DNA of 50,648 bases from Candidatus Helarchaeota archaeon (lineage in GTDB: Archaea; Asgardarchaeota; Lokiarchaeia; Helarchaeales; RDOG01). The translations under genes and the position numbers were made by a program. The notes beneath the pieces were generated by a model that ran no database searches, was not told the origin of the DNA, and worked only from the letters and a program-made list of their open reading frames with translations. The DNA is taken from positions 1 through 50,648 of the forward strand of contig JALGVI010000007.1 in the NCBI GenBank assembly GCA_029838215.1, given 5' to 3'. Of this stretch, positions 36,365 through 45,129 are shown in pieces; the first letter of the stretch is position 1, and every line of letters begins with the position of its first letter.

Positions 36365-36499
36365 ATGGCCGAAGATTTTACCGAACGTCTCAATCGCCTT
36401 TTAAAGGATATCGATGAGGTTGTCATCAAGAATGCACGAATTGAAGCAGACGAGATCGAGCTCGGTCAATCAGAACCTACGAAGAGGAAGAAAAAATGA
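36365..36499 (+). CDS. 44-aa microprotein MAEDFTERLNRLLKDIDEVVIKNARIEADEIELGQSEPTKRKKK (stand-alone CdhC/CdhD terminal motif)
   Basis: Read by hand; GGAG at 36351-36354, TGA overlaps the cdhD ATG (ATGA); motif shared with both neighbours. Confidence 0.75.
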   Translation: MAEDFTERLNRLLKDIDEVVIKNARIEADEIELGQSEPTKRKKK

Positions 36500-37806
36500 G
36501 CGAAGAAATTAAAAAAATCATCGATGGTATTTCCAAGGATGCCGAAGAAATCGTCTTAAAGAATGTTGCTATCGTGGCAGACCAATTGGGTTTCGAACTT
36601 CAAGGCGGTGGCGGTGCCGATCCGCGAGTTCCTTACATGCAGGCAGGGATAATGCAAGCAATGCAAATCTTGCAAGGTGCTGTAGGAGGGCAAGTGATGA
36701 TGCCATCTGGTGCTGGTCTTGCACCTGGAATTGCTGCAGTGTTAAAGTGGAAAGCGCAGACTTTTAATTCGCCCGTTGAAACATATCCGGGTGAAATTGT
36801 TGTCGTGGAATTTTGCCGTTCTGGAAAAGGTGGAGAGGTCGTTAAAGCTGGTGGACAAAAAGCCATGAATTTCTACAATTTTGATTCTTTGATGCCACAT
36901 ACTCCAATCGTAACAGGAGATGTATTTGATATTCCCATTCACAAGAAAGGACGTGAATCTTTTCTCAGACTTTCAAAACCTGTCAAGGATCACTTCCTAA
37001 ATGGTCCCATAGGCGATGTCTCAACAGATGTCGGTGAATGGGCAAAGGCAAACGTGAAATATGGAGCTCAAATGGTCACGATGCATAATATCGGAACTGA
37101 TCCTACAATTCCGAAAAAGCTTGGTGGTCAAAAGTCTCCAAGAGAAGCTGCAAAGAATCTAGAAGAAGTTCTACAGGCTGTAAAATGTCCTGTCGTAATT
37201 GGTGGCTCTGGCAATCCAACAGAAGACATCAAGGTATTCGAAGCCTGTGCTGCAGTATCTGAATCAGAACGACTGCTAATCAGCTCAACTAACCTTGATG
37301 ATTATACAAAAATCGTCCCAATTGCTAAGAAATATGATCATAACATCTTGGGATTCACCCAACTCGACCTAAATAACGCCAAAAAATTGAATGCAGAAAT
37401 GCTTAAGCTAGGAATGCCTAAGGACCACATCGTGATGGACCCAACTTGTGCACCCCTTGGTTACGGAATTCAATATTCATTTTCCATCTATCAACGAATA
37501 CGACTTGCTGCCCTCAAAGGTGAAACGGACATTCAATGTCCGATGAGTGGTGGAACAACAAATGCATGGGGCGCGCGCGAGGCATTTTTGGCAAATAAAG
37601 TCAAGCCAGAATGGGGTGAGCGTAATTATCGAGGTCCACTTTGGGAGATCTTGACTGCATTCATGTTATCCATCGCGGGTCTTGACATAGCAATGATGTT
37701 ACATCCGCTTGCAATCCAATCTTTCCGACAAATAGTTACTGAATTGACCGCACGCGAAAAAGCCGCCAAGATAAATCACTTGGATTGGCTTACGATGGAG
37801 GTATGA
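36496..37806 (+). CDS. cdhD: ACDS delta subunit (corrinoid Fe-S protein small subunit)
   Basis: GGQKAMNFYNF, VVIGGSGNP..D..VFE..A, VMDPT..PLGYG..YS, AWGARE, GPLWE. Confidence 0.95.
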   Translation: MSEEIKKIIDGISKDAEEIVLKNVAIVADQLGFELQGGGGADPRVPYMQAGIMQAMQILQGAVGGQVMMPSGAGLAPGIAAVLKWKAQTFNSPVETYPGEIVVVEFCRSGKGGEVVKAGGQKAMNFYNFDSLMPHTPIVTGDVFDIPIHKKGRESFLRLSKPVKDHFLNGPIGDVSTDVGEWAKANVKYGAQMVTMHNIGTDPTIPKKLGGQKSPREAAKNLEEVLQAVKCPVVIGGSGNPTEDIKVFEACAAVSESERLLISSTNLDDYTKIVPIAKKYDHNILGFTQLDLNNAKKLNAEMLKLGMPKDHIVMDPTCAPLGYGIQYSFSIYQRIRLAALKGETDIQCPMSGGTTNAWGAREAFLANKVKPEWGERNYRGPLWEILTAFMLSIAGLDIAMMLHPLAIQSFRQIVTELTAREKAAKINHLDWLTMEV

Positions 37807-37816
37807 GGTGAGTTAA

Positions 37817-39262
37817 ATGGCAAAACTGTCTCCAATTAAAGTTGTATCGGCTTTACCCGGCACGAATTGTAGAGAATGCGGCGAAGAAACTTGCATGGCA
37901 TTTGCAGTCAAGCTCATTGACCATCAAGTCGATATAAACGATTGTAAGCCCCTCGTATCCGAGAAAAAATATGCGAAGAAATTGAAGGCTCTTAAGGAAA
38001 TTGCAACACCACCCATCCGTAAGGTCGTTATTGGTACGGGTGATCGTAAAATGATTGTTGGCGATGAAGAAGTCATGTATCGTCATGAATTGACGTACTA
38101 TAACCCTTCACCAATCTGTATCGAAGTTGCCGATGATGATTTAGACGAAGTTGCAAAAGTCACAAAATATGTCAACGACTATGAACTTTACCGCATTGGT
38201 GCCAACTATTATTTGGACGGCGTTGCAATCCGCTGCCGATCAAATGATGCAAAAACGTTTGCCGCTGCAGTCAAAAAAGCCAAAGAAATAACTGACATGC
38301 CTTTAATTCTTTGTTCCACCAACCCCGAAATTTTACGTGCTGGAGCAATGGTTGTAAAGGACAAAAATCCACTTCTTTATGCTGCAACCAGAGATAATTG
38401 GGAAAAAGTCGGAAAATTAGCACTGGAATTAAATTGTCCCGTTGCTGTATATTCTTCTGACCTATCCGAACTCAAGTCGCTTGCCACAAGCTTGCATGAA
38501 GCAGGAGTTGAGCAAATCGTACTTGATCCCGGATGTTATTATGGTTCTGGAAACGTCGCGGATACCATTGGTGCACATCTTCAACTCAAGCGTGCTGCAA
38601 TTGAGAAAGATGACAAATTGGTTGGTTTTCCCACAATGGGTGTAACCGCTACTGCGTTTATCGGCAAGGATAAGAATATGTCCGAAGGAGAACGAATCGC
38701 AGCCGCATACGAAGAAGGAAAGATGGCTTGTCTCCTAATGTGTAACGCCTGTAACCTCTTGATCATGCATACAATGGATAACTGGTTTCAACTGGCAATG
38801 GTCGTCGTGCGCGAAAACGTGTATTCCGATCCACGCGTGAATCCTTCAGTAGATGCAAAACTTTACGAAGTTGGCTCTCCGGATCAAGATAGTCCTGTAT
38901 TTATTACGACAAATTATACAATGACCTACTTTACGGTTCGATCGGATCTCCAAGATTTGCGTCTGAATGCTTGGCTTTTGGTCATTGACACGGAAGGAAT
39001 CTCCGTAGAATCTGCCGTAGCTGGCGGTCAAATGGTTGCCTCGAAAGTGGCTGAAGCCATTAAGGAGACTGGAGTTCTTGACAAAGTCAATCATAGGATT
39101 GTAATTATCCCTGGCCTTGCCGCGCGAATCTCCGGAGAATTAGAAGAACTTGCCGATCTCAAGGTTGTCGTTGGTCCAAGAGACTCAAGTGGTATCGAAA
39201 AACTGATGAAAGGATACGATAAGGATAGCTTAATGAAAGATTACCAAGCCATGAAGGCATAA
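37817..39262 (+). CDS. cdhE: ACDS gamma subunit (corrinoid Fe-S protein large subunit)
   Basis: LPGTNCRECGEETCMAFA...C [4Fe-4S] motif, YRHEL, TTNYTMTYF, IIPGLAARISG, VGPRDS. Confidence 0.95.
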   Translation: MAKLSPIKVVSALPGTNCRECGEETCMAFAVKLIDHQVDINDCKPLVSEKKYAKKLKALKEIATPPIRKVVIGTGDRKMIVGDEEVMYRHELTYYNPSPICIEVADDDLDEVAKVTKYVNDYELYRIGANYYLDGVAIRCRSNDAKTFAAAVKKAKEITDMPLILCSTNPEILRAGAMVVKDKNPLLYAATRDNWEKVGKLALELNCPVAVYSSDLSELKSLATSLHEAGVEQIVLDPGCYYGSGNVADTIGAHLQLKRAAIEKDDKLVGFPTMGVTATAFIGKDKNMSEGERIAAAYEEGKMACLLMCNACNLLIMHTMDNWFQLAMVVVRENVYSDPRVNPSVDAKLYEVGSPDQDSPVFITTNYTMTYFTVRSDLQDLRLNAWLLVIDTEGISVESAVAGGQMVASKVAEAIKETGVLDKVNHRIVIIPGLAARISGELEELADLKVVVGPRDSSGIEKLMKGYDKDSLMKDYQAMKA

Positions 39263-39270
39263 AACCCCTA

Positions 39271-39283
39271 TTTTTTTTCTTTT
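39271..39283 (+). terminator. Oligo-T archaeal terminator after cdhE
   Basis: TTTTTTTTCTTTT begins 9 nt after the cdhE stop. Confidence 0.5.
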
Positions 39284-39536
39284 CACGGGTTAATCATCAG
39301 TCTCTCATTAAATTCCAAACAAAAAGTGACGTTTTTTTTCGTAAATTTGATCGTCAAAAAATTTTATAATTTACATGAAAATATGAAAATTCGTGCAATA
39401 AGATAAGAAAATTCACGTAAAAATCAGCTTTACTTTTTTATACCAAATTTCTCATGGAATAGCACTCATATATAACTTTGAAATAGTATTTAAAGCTTAA
39501 AAGAACTATACATCTAAAGAATTGAGGTATCCCTTA

Positions 39537-39908
39537 ATGGAATTCACATTCACTGACAAGGCACGAGAGCACATTGAAAAGAAATTGAGCGACCGACAAG
39601 AGCAAGGTATGTTCATTTTTACGATGTTACATCGCGGATGATCAGGAGCGTATAAAGAAATCATGATAGAAGTTGCACCGAAATCGCACGTCAGAAACAT
39701 CCAACTATTCCAAGAAGTTGGAGTTTTTAAGAGCGGAAACGGCGGTGGAGAACTTCCCATTTATATCGATCCTGAATCACGAAGGCATCTAGAAAGTCGA
39801 AAGGAAATCAAGATTGATGCTTATGGATGGTCGTTCATGAAGTATCTAACGATTCCTGATGCATACTTGCCTTATTACGGTTCAAGCGGCTCTTGTTCAA
39901 TGTGCTAA
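39537..39908 (+). CDS. HesB/IscA-like selenoprotein (Sec at codon 35, TGA 39639-39641)
   Basis: GAGGT then ATG 39537; MEFTFTDKAREHIEKKL...HRG-TGA-SGAY continues in frame into the 39663-39908 ORF; the motif matches HesB-family G-C-S-G..Y; SECIS-like hairpin 17 nt after the stop. Confidence 0.82.
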
Positions 39909-39917
39909 TCTTTCCAA

Positions 39918-39996
39918 AAGGAATGGTTTATGACCCCGATTCAAAAAGTTTGAGGAATCCGGGCGAAACCCAGGACATGCACCTGGCTCATTCCTT
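39918..39996 (+). promoter_or_regulatory. Eukaryote-like SECIS element (cis-acting mRNA kink-turn hairpin)
   Basis: GGUU/AACC stem, UAU bulge, tandem G.A/A.G (AUGA 39930-39933; GA 39965-39966), CCCGAUUC/GAAUCCGGG upper stem, apical loop starting AAAAA; outer AAGGAAU/AUUCCUU helix. Confidence 0.75.
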
Positions 39997-40030
39997 CCTT
40001 CCCTTTAAATTGAAGAAAAAGTGTTAAGAC

Positions 40031-40249
40031 ATGATCTCGGATTTGTACATCCCAAAAGTAACAGATCCAAAAAAGTGCGGCTATTGCGCGGCATGTGAGA
40101 AAACCTGCCCCGAAAAAGCCATCAAAATTGAAAATAATACATTTCATCTTGATGTTGAAAAGTGCTTGGGCAGGAAAAATGAATTTTGCGCTGCTTGTGT
40201 GGAAATTTGCCAACGCAAGATCCTCTCAATGGTTGAGGCACCCGTCTAA
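40031..40249 (+). CDS. 2x[4Fe-4S]-type ferredoxin
   Basis: CGYCAACEKTCP and CLG-x5-CAACVEICQ. Confidence 0.85.
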   Translation: MISDLYIPKVTDPKKCGYCAACEKTCPEKAIKIENNTFHLDVEKCLGRKNEFCAACVEICQRKILSMVEAPV

Positions 40250-40260
40250 AACATCTAAAT

Positions 40261-40632
40261 CTATTTTTCGATTATTTCGGGATAAATCAAAATATGTTTG
40301 TAATCTTCTGCCCACTGTTCTAGTGTCTTGAAAATCACGCTGAGAGCAGCTCCCTTGTCTGTTAATCGGTATTCCACGCGTGGAGGAATTTCATTGAATG
40401 CCTTGCGTTCAATAATACCCATTATGTCCAACTCCTTCAAGCGCTCTGAGAGCGTTTTGGGAGATATATCAAACCTTTTATAGATTTGATTATAGCGAAG
40501 TGGTTTATCTCGATTTTCGTAGAATAAGAAAATAATGGGCATCATGTGCTTTCGACCCAATAATTCAATCACGCAAGTCGCATCTCGGCATTGCTCTAAT
40601 TCTTCTTCCCTACTTAATTTTCTTGTCATCAT
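40261..40632 (-). CDS. HxlR-family transcriptional regulator
   Basis: LLGRKH, LRYNQI, ISPKTLSERLKEL, PPRVEYRLTDKG; start at 40632 with GGTGA. Confidence 0.9.
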   Translation of the reverse strand: MMTRKLSREEELEQCRDATCVIELLGRKHMMPIIFLFYENRDKPLRYNQIYKRFDISPKTLSERLKELDIMGIIERKAFNEIPPRVEYRLTDKGAALSVIFKTLEQWAEDYKHILIYPEIIEK

Positions 40633-40783
40633 CGTTTCACCTATATAAAATACATGCTTCAAATTTTGAAGTAACTTCAAACTTTTTAGCTTACTTCAGT
40701 TAATGAATAAGCTTTTATCAAATTTACTGATGTTATTTCAGTTCCAAGAATCATAATGAAGCGGTCGAAGAACCAAGCACGGA

Positions 40784-42082
40784 CTATTTCCATTCGATTT
40801 TGCGCTTGAAGAGTGACAATATAAAAATAACACATTGAAACATGAACCAAAATGGGAATGTGAGAACTGCGGCTTTCTTCGTTTTATAACCGCCGTAGAC
40901 ATTCGGCGAGATACATGAAAATATTGCCATTCCATAGAGACTACCCAGATATATTCCGATGTTAATAATTGCAAGGACAAGATCGCCTAAATCAAAAATA
41001 CCCATTAGAGCCAATTGAGCAAATGGGAAAATTCCGTATAAGCCCAAAATACATGCTACAATAATGAAGGTACTGATCTGACAGGAGATGAAAGGTAGCC
41101 CAACTACATTGAAGCTTGCCAAGTAAGATTGCCAAGACTTGTTTAAATAACGGGTACCCGCCTTATACCAGCGTAATCGTTGCTTGAACGGAGACGTGGT
41201 GTAGTGATTTTGAACCTTGGTACGATGATCGTAAGTATATAGAGCTTTATATCCGTGTTCCGTTACTCGCCAACCGAGAAATAAATCGTGAGCGTGTTCG
41301 GTTTCCAATCCTTTCCAGCCACCGATTTGATAGAAAAAAGACTTTCTGATGGAAAATGAACCACCCCAGCAAATTCCGGGAACTTTTATCTTTAGCTTCT
41401 TGATAAAGGGTTCAGCAATATCAAGTGAGGCCAACCCCAACCATAGAAGACCTGCCATGTCAAGTCGTTGTAGATGAGCTGAGACGGACGGTCCATTAAT
41501 CACGTACATGCTACTTACACACCCAATTGCATTGTCCAGAAGAGGTGCAATCATGAAATGAATGTATGTAGGCGGTAAGACACAGTCGGCTTCGGTGACA
41601 ACAATTACTTCTCCCTTTGCACGTTCGATCCCGAGCGTCAATCCGTATGATACAGAATTGTAACCCTTTGGGCGGGGTGGAAGTTCAAACCGGTTTAGTA
41701 ACGTGATATGCGGATGTTTTTTTGAATATTGCTTTACGATTTCGGGCGTGGCATCTTCATCTGATTCATCTATGATCATTACTTCGAGTTTTTCTTTGGG
41801 ATAGTCAAGCTCAAGAATGGAATCCAATAAGGTTTGAATTATTTTTTCTTCATTTTTTGTAGGTACAAGTAAGGAAACGGATGGTTCCCAAAAAACTCGG
41901 GCTGTTTTACGATGATTGGGATAAAATACCATGTCAACAAAATTAACAACATCATTCAACCTATCGTGAGGAGCAAAATCGCTTTTCCAATGCCGAAAAC
42001 TGGTCGCAATACATAAGAGTGTTATGGTATTTGAATAATGAAATGCGGCAAACAACAGAATTATCCACAGTACCACTATCAT
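40784..42082 (-). CDS. Membrane GT2 glycosyltransferase
   Basis: SLLVPTKNEE, IIDESDED, VTEAD, GGSFSIRK, QRLRW; N-terminal and C-terminal TM helices. Confidence 0.88.
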   Translation of the reverse strand: MIVVLWIILLFAAFHYSNTITLLCIATSFRHWKSDFAPHDRLNDVVNFVDMVFYPNHRKTARVFWEPSVSLLVPTKNEEKIIQTLLDSILELDYPKEKLEVMIIDESDEDATPEIVKQYSKKHPHITLLNRFELPPRPKGYNSVSYGLTLGIERAKGEVIVVTEADCVLPPTYIHFMIAPLLDNAIGCVSSMYVINGPSVSAHLQRLDMAGLLWLGLASLDIAEPFIKKLKIKVPGICWGGSFSIRKSFFYQIGGWKGLETEHAHDLFLGWRVTEHGYKALYTYDHRTKVQNHYTTSPFKQRLRWYKAGTRYLNKSWQSYLASFNVVGLPFISCQISTFIIVACILGLYGIFPFAQLALMGIFDLGDLVLAIINIGIYLGSLYGMAIFSCISPNVYGGYKTKKAAVLTFPFWFMFQCVIFILSLFKRKIEWK

Positions 42083-42113
42083 TCTGGCTCTTTCCTAAAG
42101 TGAAGTTTAATCG

Positions 42114-43397
42114 TTATAACTGTTCTAGATCTGACTTGAGCTCGGAAAGGATATTTTTAATGGCTGAATCGTCTCGCCCCAATTCGTATGAATTATCAAT
42201 CAGCCAAGAGAAGTATTCAATTTGTTGAAGGATTGCGTTTTTTATTTTGTTCGTTCGAAACGTGAATTTTTTATAGTATCGCTTGATTTCTTGGGCATTC
42301 CACAGTGTTAGCCAATACCACGGATTTTCCCGAATGATTTTTTCGATTATTTGATTTCCGATAAGGGCGTTTCTAAAGATTAAGTCCTTTTTAGTGAGAT
42401 TTGGGTTCTTTTCCAAAAACTCCTCTGTCAGAAACTTGTCACTCACGTCCTTTTTGATATATAAAGTATGTCGGATTTTTTTCTTATCGGGAATCATGTA
42501 AACGGGAATTATTGCGGGTTTAAATTTCCTGAACAAACTGCTAATTCCTAGTGGTGTATGGCAAAACTCGCCAAAGATATCAACGAGTGGTTGTCGCGAG
42601 AACCCCGCGTCATGATATAAAAACAAGAATTCACCACGCTTAAACACGTTATCGATGCCTTCTTTTGCTTTAACATCTTTCGAATTCTTCGGTAAATCAA
42701 TTAGATTTATGCATGCACCCATGAAGCGCTCAACTGCCGTGATCGTGCCTTCTTGAGCGAATGTCGAGCCTTTAAATCCTAAATGATCCTGAACTGCAAG
42801 AGAAATGGCGCTTGCCATGAGAATGTGATTTCCGTGATGCGCAGCTATCAGAATGGCTCCACCACTATTTCTCTTCTTTTTCAATACATCAATTAAATAA
42901 TCTAAATTCTCGATTTTGACGTACTTTTTATAGCTCCCTGGGTATAGAGAACAGGACGGAACCTTGAGAATATCTTCTAAAAATGCTCTGGTGATGTGTT
43001 TCGCATTTCGATACATCACGTAACGCTTAATTTTCTCGCGAACATCTGGAGAATACTTCTTCAATCGTTTCCTCCAAATAGAACCATTGAAAATCCAATT
43101 TATGTTGTCAAGCACGTAATAAGAAAAAATCCGTAATCGAATCAGAATGCTGGACATCAGGAAACTCACCCCGCGAAAGAAAATTGCCGGCAATTTTCTC
43201 GTGATCGCATACAAACGATGTTTTTCCAAGAATCGAGTCAAGACCTGCGTTAGAGGGCTTGCATATCCAGACATGGTATTATCTACTTCGAATTTTTTTA
43301 AGCCCTCCACTTCTGATTCAAGCATTATTTTATAAAGATAGTCTGAAACGAATCCTCTGGGCTTCCTAACGTCCGTGACTTCGATCGGTATCACCAT
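42114..43397 (-). CDS. LpxL/HtrB/PatA-family lipid acyltransferase-like protein
   Basis: GAILIAAHHGNH, FLFLYHD, VDIFGEFCHTPLG, PAIIPVY, IRENPWYWLTLW; start trimmed to MVIPIE. Confidence 0.7.
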   Translation of the reverse strand: MVIPIEVTDVRKPRGFVSDYLYKIMLESEVEGLKKFEVDNTMSGYASPLTQVLTRFLEKHRLYAITRKLPAIFFRGVSFLMSSILIRLRIFSYYVLDNINWIFNGSIWRKRLKKYSPDVREKIKRYVMYRNAKHITRAFLEDILKVPSCSLYPGSYKKYVKIENLDYLIDVLKKKRNSGGAILIAAHHGNHILMASAISLAVQDHLGFKGSTFAQEGTITAVERFMGACINLIDLPKNSKDVKAKEGIDNVFKRGEFLFLYHDAGFSRQPLVDIFGEFCHTPLGISSLFRKFKPAIIPVYMIPDKKKIRHTLYIKKDVSDKFLTEEFLEKNPNLTKKDLIFRNALIGNQIIEKIIRENPWYWLTLWNAQEIKRYYKKFTFRTNKIKNAILQQIEYFSWLIDNSYELGRDDSAIKNILSELKSDLEQL

Positions 43398-43653
43398 CTT
43401 TTCTCTAGTAATGAAAAACACGTGAGGATTTTCTTTAAATTACGATATTGACAAATCTAATCAAAATTTTTCCTTTAAAATTCTTTCCAAATTTGTTTCT
43501 AATCTTACTAATTCTTCGAGTACCAAATTTTCAAGCCGTTTATTAGAATCTTGTAGCATAGATTTTTTAGCAAGCATTTACATAAATATATCTCAATTGA
43601 AAGTTTTGTTACACGAAATTCATTAATAAACCAAATTTTCACGGGGAAAGGTC

Positions 43654-45129
43654 ATGAAAATTCCAGAAGGAATGAAAGAACTGTTCAAGATAAGTCCCTT
43701 ACTAAAATATGCTCATTGGGTTCGTCCTTATTTTGTTTCAGAGGAAGATGCTTCTACAGAAAAATCTAAAAAAAGGATTAGAGATTTTCAAGAAAAAATT
43801 ACAAAGATGATCGTGAAGAATTGTAAAAGAAGCCTTGAGAAACCCGGTGCAAAAAAAACCAGAAAGCTCCGGAAGGCAACAGAAAAGGAGGAACGCCGAT
43901 TCCACCGTTTTTTGGATAGTTTTTTTGGCGAACTCCGTCTCCGAGCGCGTATTTCCCTACTGTCGAATTTGACGCCGACTTTTAAAGCAAACTACCTTCG
44001 GGATCTCGGAGCAAACGTTGGAGAACGCGTGATGATCACGTTTGGCAACTTAATTGACGTGATTTTCGCCCGAGAAATTTCGATCGGCGACGATACGGTG
44101 CTTGGGATGGGCTCCATCCTTACCTGTTGCGAAGTCCATGATGATCAACTTTATATCGGATCCATCAGCATTGGCAAAAACACGTTAATAGGTGCGGGTG
44201 CGATAATCCTGCCCGGTGTGTCGATAGGTGATAATTGCATTATCACGCCAGGTGTCGTTGCATACGATGTCCCTGACAATACTTTATGTATTGGATTTCC
44301 TGAGGACATCCACGTTCCATTGGAAGGTGAAAAAATAAGTCTGACAAATGAGAAAAGACGTGTTGAAAAAACACCTTGGGATCTTCACGACTGGCGCTCA
44401 TTTCTTCCATCTTCAGCATCAATTCTTGCGAAAAACGCCCTATTAGAAATCCAAAAACTTCCCATTTCTCAAGAAATTCGCAAGACACTATTACGATTGG
44501 CTGGTGTTAAAATTGGCAAGGATGTCTTCATAGATGATGGTGTGGTTTTCGACCCGTGGTGGCCCGAAAAAATAACGATTGAAGATGGAGCGAAGATTCG
44601 AAAGTATGCCGTTATTGCAACACATGAAGGATTACCTCCTCCTTCAAAGTCTGAGATTCATAAGGGTTCATTACGTGTCGGAGAGGTGCGAATCGGGAAA
44701 AATGTTTTAGTCGAAGCTGGAACGGGCATTCTTCCGGGAGTGACCATCGGAGATGATGCAGAGGTACTTCCCTATACCTTCATTGCAACCGATGTTAAGG
44801 AAGGCATTCAGGTAGAAGGCATTCCCTCCCGAAAAGTCGGAGAAACCTTTGACATTGATAATTTCTTGGAACAACAATTTGGTTATACTTCATCAGTTTG
44901 GGACGAAATTCAGCAGTTTAGAGAAAAAGAAGCCGGCGAAGCCGCTCTTGCTGAAGAATCTGAACGACTCGCGGAAGAAGATGTTTCTGTAAAAATCCGA
45001 GAGCCGTCACAAGAACGTGTCAGCGAGCCCTCACGAGAAGCAGTCGAGATAACTCCAAAAGAGACCGAAAAACCTGACGACATTTCAAAAGAGTCAGAGA
45101 AACCAAAAAGCTGGCCGAAACCGATATGA
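43654..45129 (+). CDS. Tandem hexapeptide-repeat (left-handed beta-helix) acyltransferase with acidic tail
   Basis: Two domains LGANVG...ISIGDDT...IGKNTLIGAGAIILPGVSIGD and AGVKIG...PEKITIED...THE...IGKNV...ILPGVTIGD. Confidence 0.85.
   Translation: MKIPEGMKELFKISPLLKYAHWVRPYFVSEEDASTEKSKKRIRDFQEKITKMIVKNCKRSLEKPGAKKTRKLRKATEKEERRFHRFLDSFFGELRLRARISLLSNLTPTFKANYLRDLGANVGERVMITFGNLIDVIFAREISIGDDTVLGMGSILTCCEVHDDQLYIGSISIGKNTLIGAGAIILPGVSIGDNCIITPGVVAYDVPDNTLCIGFPEDIHVPLEGEKISLTNEKRRVEKTPWDLHDWRSFLPSSASILAKNALLEIQKLPISQEIRKTLLRLAGVKIGKDVFIDDGVVFDPWWPEKITIEDGAKIRKYAVIATHEGLPPPSKSEIHKGSLRVGEVRIGKNVLVEAGTGILPGVTIGDDAEVLPYTFIATDVKEGIQVEGIPSRKVGETFDIDNFLEQQFGYTSSVWDEIQQFREKEAGEAALAEESERLAEEDVSVKIREPSQERVSEPSREAVEITPKETEKPDDISKESEKPKSWPKPI

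Noticed and set aside
39663-39908. The 81-aa track ORF as a complete gene, or the locus as a pseudogene
   Set aside because: The upstream in-frame segment has the RBS and family N-terminus, and the single TGA falls at a catalytic Cys position with a SECIS-like element downstream.
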